Shown here: one piece after another, positions 17,180-26,191 of the stretch
Layout: every line of letters begins with the position of its first letter
Position numbering within the stretch: the first letter of the stretch is position 1
From: a virus
Taxonomy: Duplodnaviria > Caudoviricetes
DNA: 29,791 nt
Virus record (IMG/VR): IMGVR_UViG_3300005764_000061
Location: 1 to 29,791 of that record
Reading direction: 5' to 3' (one strand)
Notes under the pieces: generated by a model
What the model saw: the letters and a program-made list of their open reading frames with translations, nothing else
Databases searched by the model: none
What the model was told of the DNA's origin: nothing
Program-made: the position numbers and the translations under genes

Positions 17180-19501
17180 ATGAAACGCCTGTTCTGGTTG
17201 TTGTTCTTGATCGCGTCTCCCGGTGTTGCGGCAAATACCTATTATGTCCGACCAGGTGGAACGGCCGTGGGCTGTAATGTTGGAGTCGATACCAACGCTG
17301 GCGCTCGCTCTACCGTCAACGGGCCGAGTGGCGGCATTGGCTGTCTCGCCTCCGGTGACACGCTCATCATCCATGGGGGGACATATCCCGAAGCCATCAA
17401 TACATTGAATGCGCCGATTCCGAGTGGCACCAGTTGGGCAACGGCAACAACGATCAAGGCGGCAACATGTGCGGGTTCGGGATGTGGATCTGGATTTACG
17501 GCTGGGTATGAAAATGTCGTCATGAAGCAGCCGAGTTCTCCTGGGAATTCGGTGTGGATCGATAACACCACCGCGAATCAGTATCAGTACATCATTTTTG
17601 AAGGTATCGACTTCGACAATACAAATGCACTGTACGCCACACAACCCAATTCCATAACGGTGCGCATCGAGTGGTTGGGCTACACGCACCCGCCGAACCA
17701 CATTCGATTTTTTCATACCAAGATTCACGAAGGGGCGGATTGCATTTTGATAAGTGGCCCTGGTCAATCGAACCCGATTGATCCCAATGCGGGGCATAAT
17801 GAAGTGATTCAGAGTGAAGTGTACAATTGTGGAATCACTCCGTCCATCAATCCGCCTGGAGGGCACTGCTTTTACATCAACCCTGGATTCAACATTTTCG
17901 ATGGGAATGATATCCATGACTGTCCTTTCGGGTTTGCGTTCCAAATTTACGATTCGTGTGCTTTCACTCTTGTGGATGATCAAAACGTTGTTCGAAATAA
18001 CTACATTCACAAAGGCACGGCGACAACGAGTGGCGGAATCATCATTGCCGTAGGAAACGACATCCAGGTTTACAACAATGTCTTGGATGGTGTTGGCAAT
18101 AATTTCGCGATTGAGATTAAGACCTGCCAGGGCTGCATCGTTGCCAACAACACGATCATCAATAGTCCGCATCCCGCTATCGGGTCTTCGGGCGGCGCTG
18201 GAGGCAACGTTGCCGAGAACAACATCATGTTGGGCAACTCCAGTGATTCCATTACCGATGGCATGGGCCTCATTCCCACGCAACAGAACAACCTCTGCTC
18301 GAATATGGGCAATGCCGGGTGTCAGTTCCAATCAACGGCCGCTACGGAATTCATGACTCCCGGGTCGAACTATCACCTGCTCTCCGGAGCCGTGTCCCGG
18401 AATAAAGGTTTGAACCTCACCGGGTCATCCTTGCTTCCGAGCATGCCGAATCCCGCCGTCGATAAGGATAACGTCCAGCGGCCGACCGGCGCGCCCTGGG
18501 ACATCGGTGCCTATCAATTTGCGGGTCAGCCTCCACCTGCCGATACCCCGCCGGTGGAAGATTTCGTATGCACCATCGGTAACGATATCTCCGGGCTCAA
18601 CGACGGCATGAACTGGACTGGATCATGGACGATTGTCAGCGGCTCGGCTACTTGTCAAACCATGACGGGCTCGTTCACCGCCGGTAACGCCTACCGCTCT
18701 CAAGGCGGTTCTTCCGCGGCATGGTACAGCCGCGCTATGGCCACCATCGGCACCGGAACCATCCGTTGGCAGATGCGCGCCTCGGTTACCAATCAACCCT
18801 ACGGCACCGTTGCTCAGACGGACGCCGCTGGCAAGAATGCGATCCAGTTGACCTTCGCCGAGGACGGACATTTCCATGCGTGCCGCGGCTTCGGCCCGGA
18901 CACCGATCTGGGCGCGTACGCGGCGAACACCACCTATTTCATCAAAGCCCAGCTGGACGCTGCTGGTCATGCCAGCATGTTCCGTATCCAGATCGACAAC
19001 AATGCGTTTTCGGCCTGGATCAATTTCTGTGAAACGTTGACGGGTCAGATCGATCATTTTCATAACTACGATGCCGCCGCCGCGGGCTCCCGAGATTTCT
19101 TTGTCGACTCGATCGGGGCTCAGGCGACGGCTCTTGCCTGGACCACCCAGCCTCCGTCGACGGTCAATTCCGGCGGGACATTTGCCGGAACCGTTTCCGT
19201 CGTATACTCCAACGGGACATCGGTGGTATCCGATGCCGTCAATTCCATTACCCTCGCCCCATGCGCCACATCTCCGGCAGTGACCCTGACCGCCGCTTCC
19301 GGCCTGACCAAATCGGCGGTGGCCGGTGTTGCCTCTTGGACCGATCTCGTTCTCACCCAACCGGCTGGTGCGGTCGGCGTCACACTTTGCGCGACGGCGA
19401 CGAGTCTGACGACCGGAGAATCGACGGTCATGACTGTTAACGGCGCACCACCGCCTGTCGTTGCCGGAGGCCGAGCGCGCATTCGGGCCAGGTCCCGATG
19501 A
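17180..19501 (+). CDS. Signal-peptide-bearing right-handed beta-helix protein with lectin/Ig-like C-terminal domains
   Basis: MKRLFWLLFLIASPGVAA/NTYYV; GDTLIIHGGTY, repeated N-stack turns (VVRNNYIH, VYNNV, VANNTI), choice-of-anchor-Q-like RPTGAPWDIGAYQF; ends in RARIRARSR. Confidence 0.85.
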   Translation: MKRLFWLLFLIASPGVAANTYYVRPGGTAVGCNVGVDTNAGARSTVNGPSGGIGCLASGDTLIIHGGTYPEAINTLNAPIPSGTSWATATTIKAATCAGSGCGSGFTAGYENVVMKQPSSPGNSVWIDNTTANQYQYIIFEGIDFDNTNALYATQPNSITVRIEWLGYTHPPNHIRFFHTKIHEGADCILISGPGQSNPIDPNAGHNEVIQSEVYNCGITPSINPPGGHCFYINPGFNIFDGNDIHDCPFGFAFQIYDSCAFTLVDDQNVVRNNYIHKGTATTSGGIIIAVGNDIQVYNNVLDGVGNNFAIEIKTCQGCIVANNTIINSPHPAIGSSGGAGGNVAENNIMLGNSSDSITDGMGLIPTQQNNLCSNMGNAGCQFQSTAATEFMTPGSNYHLLSGAVSRNKGLNLTGSSLLPSMPNPAVDKDNVQRPTGAPWDIGAYQFAGQPPPADTPPVEDFVCTIGNDISGLNDGMNWTGSWTIVSGSATCQTMTGSFTAGNAYRSQGGSSAAWYSRAMATIGTGTIRWQMRASVTNQPYGTVAQTDAAGKNAIQLTFAEDGHFHACRGFGPDTDLGAYAANTTYFIKAQLDAAGHASMFRIQIDNNAFSAWINFCETLTGQIDHFHNYDAAAAGSRDFFVDSIGAQATALAWTTQPPSTVNSGGTFAGTVSVVYSNGTSVVSDAVNSITLAPCATSPAVTLTAASGLTKSAVAGVASWTDLVLTQPAGAVGVTLCATATSLTTGESTVMTVNGAPPPVVAGGRARIRARSR

Positions 19502-19514
19502 AAGGACGGACTCC

Positions 19515-20087
19515 ATGACTCCTGAAACGAAGCGCGATGTTCTGATCGGCGCAGGTTTAGTTGTTCTCATTTTAGTTCTCACTCCGTTATTCAGTCACAT
19601 CACCCCATTCGATGCCGTCATTACTGGAGTGAACGATCAGAACCTGTTGGAGATTGCAGGCAAGCCCGTCAAAGCGGCTGCGGATGGTATTCAGCAAGTC
19701 GCGATTTCAGACACCGCCAAAGATCCCTGCTTCGCCAACGATCTTCAGACGTTCTCGATCACGATGAACACCAGCATGATGACACCTCTTATTCCACCGA
19801 CCTCTCAGGTCCTGATGGTGTGTGGTATTCACGTCCATGCAAATACTGGGAACCCGGAAGTGATCAACATCATCGAAGGTGGTGGTTCCAGCTGTGCGAC
19901 CAGCCCTCTGGCGGTAGACGGGTCTCTGACTTCATCCAAAGGAATCCGCATTCCCGGTAATGGGTACTTTGTGATGGGTTATGGAGGAACGACGATCTAC
20001 AAGACGTCCGGTCCCAATCGCGGGTTCTGTATTCAAACGGCGGGCGTCAATGCGATGGTCGTTTCTGGTATCTACCACACACAATGA
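19515..20087 (+). CDS. Protein with N-terminal TM/signal segment, paralogous to the C-terminal domain of the 910-aa fibre
   Basis: AAAGGA RBS; hydrophobic VLIGAGLVVLILVLTPLF; four Cys spaced as in the fibre C-terminal domain. Confidence 0.78.
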   Translation: MTPETKRDVLIGAGLVVLILVLTPLFSHITPFDAVITGVNDQNLLEIAGKPVKAAADGIQQVAISDTAKDPCFANDLQTFSITMNTSMMTPLIPPTSQVLMVCGIHVHANTGNPEVINIIEGGGSSCATSPLAVDGSLTSSKGIRIPGNGYFVMGYGGTTIYKTSGPNRGFCIQTAGVNAMVVSGIYHTQ

Positions 20088-20099
20088 AAGGAATGTTTT

Positions 20100-20408
20100 A
20101 TGGCCTACACCGCAGATGATGCACTCTCGCAAGATGCAACCTTTACCGGACGGATCCGGATGTCCATGTGTAAAGCGGCACTCTCGATCTCCAACGAGGC
20201 GCGTACCATCCATAACAACGTCGACTCGAAGCGAAACACTCTCGCCAAGGCCGTATTGAATGATCCGACGAGTTATGTGAATCGCTTTACGCATGCGGCA
20301 ATTGAAGCGAGTGCATTGACATCGGCCTCGACCGATGCCCAACTGGACACGGCGATCTCTACGGCCTGGAACGGGATTGCGGGTGTCACCACGGATGATC
20401 TGGCATGA
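20100..20408 (+). CDS. Conserved small helical phage protein (fibre-associated, chaperone-like)
   Basis: D..F..R...AA..I..E...R..LA..VL.DP...TDAQLD.AIS..W pattern, often found beside fibre genes. Confidence 0.75.
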   Translation: MAYTADDALSQDATFTGRIRMSMCKAALSISNEARTIHNNVDSKRNTLAKAVLNDPTSYVNRFTHAAIEASALTSASTDAQLDTAISTAWNGIAGVTTDDLA

Positions 20409-20686
20409 AACGGACGTTCTGGGTTTCACTATGGGTGGCGACAGTGATGGCGTTGATCCTGATGGCATTCAACGTCATCGGCCAAGAAGGCGTGTCTTCG
20501 ACGTCGGGAACAAGCTTCAAACCGAAGATCCCGCCCGCGCCCACGCTCGCCGCTGACGATCTCTATCTGGAACTCGGCAAGGCGCAGGCGACCATCGGAC
20601 TCCAGCAAAAATACATTTCGCAGTTGCAATCCGAACTCGCGGCAGCGCAGGCTCTTTGCCAGAAACCGGAAAAGGAGGAAAAGTAA
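20405..20686 (+). CDS. Signal/TM segment plus coiled-coil small protein
   Basis: MKRTFWVSLWVATVMALILMAF; DLYLELGK...ISQLQSEL heptads. Confidence 0.7.
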   Translation: MKRTFWVSLWVATVMALILMAFNVIGQEGVSSTSGTSFKPKIPPAPTLAADDLYLELGKAQATIGLQQKYISQLQSELAAAQALCQKPEKEEK

Positions 20687-20923
20687 ATGCCGCGCCATCG
20701 CGGGATCTACAACTCCATGTGGGCACCCTGCGCGATCTGCGGGTTTCCCTTTCCCATCACCCAACTCTCGATGCAGAAGGGCGGATTACGCGATGCGAAG
20801 TGCTTGGACCAGCTTGATGTCGAATTCCGACCATTCATGATTGCGGAAGTGTTAGGAGATACCCAGGAAACGGAGAACGAACGGATTCATTTAACCGACG
20901 ACCCATACACCATTGAGTTCTAA
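20687..20923 (+). CDS. Small Zn-binding virion-morphogenesis protein
   Basis: CAICGF.FP...L..QKG...DAKCLD, a family often found between head and adaptor genes; AGGAGG RBS. Confidence 0.75.
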   Translation: MPRHRGIYNSMWAPCAICGFPFPITQLSMQKGGLRDAKCLDQLDVEFRPFMIAEVLGDTQETENERIHLTDDPYTIEF

Positions 20924-20941
20924 ACGAAGGAGAAAACTTCC

Positions 20942-21133
20942 ATGACCATTCAGTTCTCGTTAACGTTCCATCTGGTGGGCTTCGGCGAATCCTCATCGGA
21001 TTTTAAGACGGAGGCCACCGTCAACACCATCGAGGACTTCCACGCGGTTCTCGACGCGGTCAATCAGGAAGTACTCAAAATCATGGAGACGCTCACGGCC
21101 GCCGGGACGAAGGCTCAAGCCGCCCGTGCCTGA
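20942..21133 (+). CDS. Hypothetical protein
   Basis: AAGGAG RBS; fills the gap between neighbours. Confidence 0.65.
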   Translation: MTIQFSLTFHLVGFGESSSDFKTEATVNTIEDFHAVLDAVNQEVLKIMETLTAAGTKAQAARA

Positions 21134-21139
21134 TCGGCC

Positions 21140-21829
21140 ATGACCATCAGCGACCGCCTCCCGGTGGTCCGAGGCCTGCTCGGCGGGAGAGAAGACAAAG
21201 ACACCGAAATCGCCAACTGGATTGCGAACGCGTACCAGTCCCTGGGTTCCTCGCTGCCGTTTGAAACTCTCGAAGATACCGCGACTCCCGTGACCGTCGC
21301 TGGGACCGACAACTACCCGTACCCGTCCACCGCACGCGGCATCAAGTCGATTGTCATCGGCATTCCCGCAGCCAACCCGCAATCGTTTCCACCGCTGATC
21401 AAAAAGAACATGGCGTTGCTCGACCGCTACGGGCCGCAGCCGGGCACGCCTTCGTTGTGGGCACCCTTCGGCGGCAATTACTTTCTGCGCCAAGTGCCCA
21501 ATGACAGTTACTCGCTGACGATCCGCTTCTGGATCCGGCCACAGATTCAACGTCTCACGGGAACACAGAACGCCGATCCCGCCACCACGCTCTTCGTGCC
21601 GGACGATTGGATTGAAATTTTGGATTACTCGTCTCAATTGCGTGGCTACATGGATCTTCAGGAATTCGACAAAGCGCAAGTGATCCGTGTGTTGCTCTAT
21701 GGCGATCCGGCGAATACCAAAAAAGAACCGGGCCTCATCAAAGCGAATCTCCGAAGGATTCAGGCCGAACATGAGAACAACCAATACGGATTGAGACCCC
21801 GAATCCGGAGATACGCACATGTCCAGTAA
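21140..21829 (+). CDS. Head-tail adaptor (tail tubular protein A-like)
   Basis: TVAGTDNYPYP, GTPSLW, LRQVPNDSY.L.I.F, VPDDW.EIL.Y motifs; size and gene order fit. Confidence 0.75.
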   Translation: MTISDRLPVVRGLLGGREDKDTEIANWIANAYQSLGSSLPFETLEDTATPVTVAGTDNYPYPSTARGIKSIVIGIPAANPQSFPPLIKKNMALLDRYGPQPGTPSLWAPFGGNYFLRQVPNDSYSLTIRFWIRPQIQRLTGTQNADPATTLFVPDDWIEILDYSSQLRGYMDLQEFDKAQVIRVLLYGDPANTKKEPGLIKANLRRIQAEHENNQYGLRPRIRRYAHVQ

Positions 21830-22100
21830 TCCACCGAAGCGCAATCCCGTGACTTCCAACGCGATCAAAAGTGTGGGATATCACGAGGAATCCCGCACGC
21901 TGGAGGTGGAGTTCAACAACGGTCGACGCTACCGTTACGGCGATGTTCCCAAAGCGCACTACTTCAAATTCCTCTCTGCGGACTCACCCGGCGATTTCTT
22001 TCACAAACAAGTGAAAGGGCAGTTCCAGCATCAGGAACTGGATCCACGAAAAGAATCGCTTGCGTCCGAGGAAGAGCCCGCGGATGGTACGGAGTCGTGA
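21819..22100 (+). CDS. KTSC domain protein
   Basis: V.SNAIKSVGY...RTLEVEFNNG..YRY.DVP...Y..FL.ADS.G.FF matches the KTSC consensus. Confidence 0.92.
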   Translation: MSSNPPKRNPVTSNAIKSVGYHEESRTLEVEFNNGRRYRYGDVPKAHYFKFLSADSPGDFFHKQVKGQFQHQELDPRKESLASEEEPADGTES

Positions 22101-22109
22101 GTGTGAGTT

Positions 22110-22220
22110 TTAGAGTTGGCAGTGATGATCGTTGGATCGGATGATGGCTCGGATGAGAGCAATGGGCATCCACAGAACCCATATCGCCAGTCCCGCTATA
22201 TCTCCAAGAAAACGCTTCAT
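22110..22220 (-). CDS. Antisense 36-aa hydrophobic peptide (not in the ORF track)
   Basis: MKRFLGDIAGLAIWVLWMPIALIRAIIRSNDHHCQL fits the intergenic gap; extended -10 TGATATGAT lies 8 nt upstream. Confidence 0.55.
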   Translation of the reverse strand: MKRFLGDIAGLAIWVLWMPIALIRAIIRSNDHHCQL

Positions 22221-22252
22221 GGAGACGCATCATATCATGAGTGAGTTGTCGC

Positions 22253-23488
22253 ATGGCATTTGAGCAGGTTCCGCAGATCTCGCCATGGAAAGGCATCGTC
22301 AAATCCTCGCCCGCCCCTTACGAGGTGAAGCAAGCCTTCTGGGACGATCTCTTGAACGTGTGGCCGTACTTCGGGAGAATGCGGACCCGTCCGCGTCTGA
22401 TTGCCTCGACCTCCTCCCCTGATGGTCAGATCATCTGGAACATGATCCCGTTCACGGACATCCTTGGGAATCTCCACGACTTGGTCTTAACCACCACCCA
22501 CGCCTACATGCTCACGCCGGGACCGCCTCCAGTGTGGAACGGTCCTCTCGGCTTTCCGGCATGGGATACGACGGTGGCGTATCTGGCCAATGATCAAGTA
22601 TCGTTCGGTGGCCAAACCTACATTGCTCTCGACGACAACACCGGGAATAATCCCGGCTCCTCCCCCACGCACTGGCAGGTCTTGAATCCGTCGCCGTTTG
22701 CCACCTCGGCGCCTTACGGCTATTCGATCTCGCAGGGCCGGGTGTACTTCTCCAACGGCACCTCGCCCGGTGCCTACACGGACGGGGAAACGACGCTGAA
22801 ATCGATGAAGCATCCGGGATCGTTCCGCTATTGCGGCATTCTTGCGGGCCACATGATCACCGCGAATACGACCGAACCCGCTCCCGGTGTCTCCCACTCG
22901 AATGCCTTTCCCTTCCGCGTCCGTTGGTCGAACGTCGGCGATCCCACCAACTGGGTCGAAGGAGCATCGACTTCCGCCGGCCACGAAGATTTGCTGGAGG
23001 TGCCCGACATCATCACCGGCTACATGACGCTCGTCCGCACGGGCTTTGTGTCACACCCCCACGGGTTCACCATCATGACCCCGACCGGCATCGGGACGAA
23101 ACCCTTCCAGTTCGATCCCTTGCAGGATGCCCCGAAGGGTGTCGGCGTCTACTACCCGCCCTCGCTTGATGTCTTCGGCTCCGTTGCGGCCTTTGTTTCC
23201 GAGCAGGATGTCTACATCTTCGATGGCTCCTCGTTTGCGCCCATCGGCGGCGACATGAAGACGCGTATATACACCGATATACAATCGGCCTCCTCCGACT
23301 CCATCATCGGGTCCATCGTCGCGCGCTTCAACACGCAGTGGCCGATGCTCTCCTACTGGCTTTCGATACCGGCGGCGAAGATCGATCAGTTGCCGATCAC
23401 TTGGGTCTACCATTGGGATTCGCAATCTTGGTCGCGCTTCCGCTCTCCCCAAGGACGGCAGACTGCGATTGCGAACTTGGTGTTGTAA
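22253..23488 (+). CDS. Tail nozzle / packaged-DNA stabilisation protein (P22 gp10 or tubular B-like), N-terminal propeller part with a CBM insert
   Basis: GRVYFSNG, RVRWSNVGDPTNW, DVYIFDGSSFAPIGG, TWVYHW..QSWSRF; insert AWDTTVAYLANDQVSFGGQTYIAL...PTHW resembles CBM5/12. Confidence 0.8.
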   Translation: MAFEQVPQISPWKGIVKSSPAPYEVKQAFWDDLLNVWPYFGRMRTRPRLIASTSSPDGQIIWNMIPFTDILGNLHDLVLTTTHAYMLTPGPPPVWNGPLGFPAWDTTVAYLANDQVSFGGQTYIALDDNTGNNPGSSPTHWQVLNPSPFATSAPYGYSISQGRVYFSNGTSPGAYTDGETTLKSMKHPGSFRYCGILAGHMITANTTEPAPGVSHSNAFPFRVRWSNVGDPTNWVEGASTSAGHEDLLEVPDIITGYMTLVRTGFVSHPHGFTIMTPTGIGTKPFQFDPLQDAPKGVGVYYPPSLDVFGSVAAFVSEQDVYIFDGSSFAPIGGDMKTRIYTDIQSASSDSIIGSIVARFNTQWPMLSYWLSIPAAKIDQLPITWVYHWDSQSWSRFRSPQGRQTAIANLVL

Positions 23489-26191
23489 GTGCCGCTGTCT
23501 AACGGCGGCCCACCCTCGCTGCAGCCGATCCCGACCTCCATCGACTTCGGGGACGTCGGCGCCGGGAATGTCGTCGTCCGCGTCCTGAAGCTGCACAACA
23601 CCTCGTTCTCGCAGCCCGTCCATATCAATGGCGTTTCGGTCTCTGGCAGTGGGGCCTTCGTCGCCGACAATTCTTCATTCCCGACAACCGTCCTACCGGA
23701 TCACGTCGTCCAGTTCAATGTCACCTTCACCGCTCCAGCTACATTCGGTGTGGTCACGGCAACCATCGAGGTGGACTCGGATGCCGATAACGCCCCGAAT
23801 CCTGTTCCTCTTCAAGGCAATTCGGTCGCGTCTGGAACGAAGGCAATTTCGATTGCGCCATCCTCGTTCATCTTTCCCGAACAGCGGGTCGGCAATACCT
23901 CCCCCTCTCAAGCCTTCACGGTGACCAACACCGGTTCGGGAACGGTCAACGTCACGGTGCAGATTCCGGTACTCGATCCGAATTTCGTATCGACGGATCT
24001 GCCCGGTGCTCCCACGGTCCTGGCGGCCGGCGCGTCCTTCACCTTCCATGTCGCCTTCAAGCCATTAGGTGGTGGCTACATCGTCGTCCCTCATGGCATC
24101 ACGATTACTTCCGATGCGCCATCCTCTCCAGACTACGTTCAACTGGAAGGCGACGCCGTCCTCATCCAAGCGGCCTACACGATTGTCGGCGGAAAAGAGA
24201 ACGGCTTCATTGCTTTCGGGAAAGTCGTCCAGCAGTTCGATACGACGAATTTCGCGGTCGAAACCACGGCTTACATGGAGCGACAACTCGGATGCGCTGG
24301 CATCGGGTATGAGTCGGAAGTCTCGCGGGTGGAGATGCAGTATGTCGATATCGGTCCGGCATGCATCGAAGTGCGGGACACGAACGAACGCGATGAAACC
24401 CGGTTCCAGGAAGTGCCGATCGGTCAATTCACGACCGCGCGCCTGCGCCAGCAACTGGCGGATATCAAACTGACCGGCGAATTGCATACGGTACGCTTCA
24501 CGATCTTGGCGGGACCGCTCTCCATGTACGCTTGGTCGCCGCGCTGGGTGATCGCCGGTGAGACGAAGAAAGTGCCGCTGCTCTCCGGCTGCGCTCCATC
24601 GACGCTCTCGGCATCGTGTCCGACCGAGATACCGGTCCTTGGGATTCCATACGAAGGATCGATTCCGACCTCTGGTGGAACCGCCCCCTACACCTACACG
24701 TTGGTTGCGGGAAGCCTGCCTCCGGGGTTATCGCTTAATTCGGCGACAGGCAATATCACCGGAACCCCGACGGCAACCGGCTCGTCTTCGTTCTCAGTTC
24801 GTATCGATGATTCCGGCGCACCCCATCAATCCATCGTCATCAATTGCTCTCTGAACGTCACCGTGCTCGCCATCACCTGCCCGACGCTGACGCTCAAGGT
24901 GGGAGTCGCGGTCGATGTGGCGGTTCCGGTGACTGGCGGCACCGCCCCCTATACGTACTCGGCAACGGGCCTGCCGGCGGGTCTCTCCATCAATGCCTCA
25001 ACCGGTCACATCACGGGAACGCCCACCATCCCCGGCTCGGCCTCCTACCATCTGCATGTCGTCGATTCCGCATCGCTCGTCGCCGACACCGACTGCATCT
25101 ACTCGACGGGTGTGAATCCGTGTGCGGGTTTCTCCGCAGCCATTGCTATCGTCTTCGATCGGACGCAACTGGTCGAAACCGAAACCAATCAAGTGGTCGC
25201 CATCGACATCACCGATCCGCGATTGAAAGGCACCGGATTTGGAGGATTCGTCACGAATATCCACGCCTTCGATGTACGTCCCTCGCTGTTGAACTGCACG
25301 ATGATGTCTTACGAGCTCACCGACTCGCTCTACGATCCTGCGGTTGGCCGCCTGGTCATGTACATCCAAACTCCGCAGTTGAACGGCCCGATGGAGACGG
25401 GCAATACGTTTTTCCAGATCAATATTGGGAATGCCTCTCTGACAACCGATGCTTCAACGGGAGCCATCTGGACGGGATTCAATAACGTCACGCATCTGGA
25501 CTTCCTGCAAGGGACTCCGGGAACCTCCGGCATCGGCTCCTCACGCGAATCGACGAACATGGTCCGGGCCTGGAATTCTCAGAATTTACCCTCCACGGCG
25601 GAAGGCATTATCGGCAAAGCGGCACAGTGCGATCCGGCCTCTCCATCGATTCTGGATTGGCCCGGAACGATTGCTGCTCCTGTTCTGGGAACGCAAGACT
25701 CCGTGATGTCGTTCTGGATTCAGACATCGGATACGACCGATCGATGGATTTGCGGGAAGGTGAATTCGCTATCCTGCACGACGTCGATTCCCAACTCGTG
25801 GGCGTGGTGGAAGATCATCGGCGGTAAGTTGAATTGCGAACTCCGCAACCACGACAATACGATCTTTCAATCGCCGATATCGGTGGCCACCGTGAATGAT
25901 GGCGTGAAGCATCACGTTGTCACGACGCGGCAGGGAACCGTGCTCAAGATCTATATCGATGGAGTTCTCGATACGACAAACGTTGGTGGAACAACCGTCA
26001 ATGTTGCCGATGACGGAGGGGATATGGAAATCGGTTCGATTGGCGGCGGCAATTGCGGACATCATTACAGCGGGTGGTTTGATGAAATGCGCGGAAACAA
26101 CAACGGGATCTGGACCGCGAACCGTGTATTGCAGGAATACCGATTGCAGAAGAACGCGCAGTCTCCGTCCACGCTTTATCAGGCGATTTAA
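23489..26191 (+). CDS. Multidomain tail protein: two ASH/choice-of-anchor-D Ig domains, nozzle-like segment, two He_PIG Ig domains, DUF2341-like and LamG domains
   Basis: PTSIDFGDV...L.N, FTVTNTGSG, GGTAPYTY...LPPGLSLN..TG.ITGTPT twice, VNDG.KHHVV.TR.G..LKIYIDG, GWFDEMR. Confidence 0.85.
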   Translation: MPLSNGGPPSLQPIPTSIDFGDVGAGNVVVRVLKLHNTSFSQPVHINGVSVSGSGAFVADNSSFPTTVLPDHVVQFNVTFTAPATFGVVTATIEVDSDADNAPNPVPLQGNSVASGTKAISIAPSSFIFPEQRVGNTSPSQAFTVTNTGSGTVNVTVQIPVLDPNFVSTDLPGAPTVLAAGASFTFHVAFKPLGGGYIVVPHGITITSDAPSSPDYVQLEGDAVLIQAAYTIVGGKENGFIAFGKVVQQFDTTNFAVETTAYMERQLGCAGIGYESEVSRVEMQYVDIGPACIEVRDTNERDETRFQEVPIGQFTTARLRQQLADIKLTGELHTVRFTILAGPLSMYAWSPRWVIAGETKKVPLLSGCAPSTLSASCPTEIPVLGIPYEGSIPTSGGTAPYTYTLVAGSLPPGLSLNSATGNITGTPTATGSSSFSVRIDDSGAPHQSIVINCSLNVTVLAITCPTLTLKVGVAVDVAVPVTGGTAPYTYSATGLPAGLSINASTGHITGTPTIPGSASYHLHVVDSASLVADTDCIYSTGVNPCAGFSAAIAIVFDRTQLVETETNQVVAIDITDPRLKGTGFGGFVTNIHAFDVRPSLLNCTMMSYELTDSLYDPAVGRLVMYIQTPQLNGPMETGNTFFQINIGNASLTTDASTGAIWTGFNNVTHLDFLQGTPGTSGIGSSRESTNMVRAWNSQNLPSTAEGIIGKAAQCDPASPSILDWPGTIAAPVLGTQDSVMSFWIQTSDTTDRWICGKVNSLSCTTSIPNSWAWWKIIGGKLNCELRNHDNTIFQSPISVATVNDGVKHHVVTTRQGTVLKIYIDGVLDTTNVGGTTVNVADDGGDMEIGSIGGGNCGHHYSGWFDEMRGNNNGIWTANRVLQEYRLQKNAQSPSTLYQAI

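Noticed and set aside
16904-18331. 475-aa minus-strand ORF (also 8615..9568, 12151..13014, 18623..19582, 20993..21868)
   Set aside because: These are antisense shadows of well-supported + strand genes, expected from codon bias in GC-rich DNA, and show no recognisable motifs.
20405-20686. i-spanin / lysis cassette
   Set aside because: TM plus coiled-coil fits loosely, but no lipoprotein o-spanin or endolysin is nearby, so it is left as a hypothetical.
21819-22100. KTSC gene as a novelty
   Set aside because: Stand-alone KTSC genes are common in phage structural regions.
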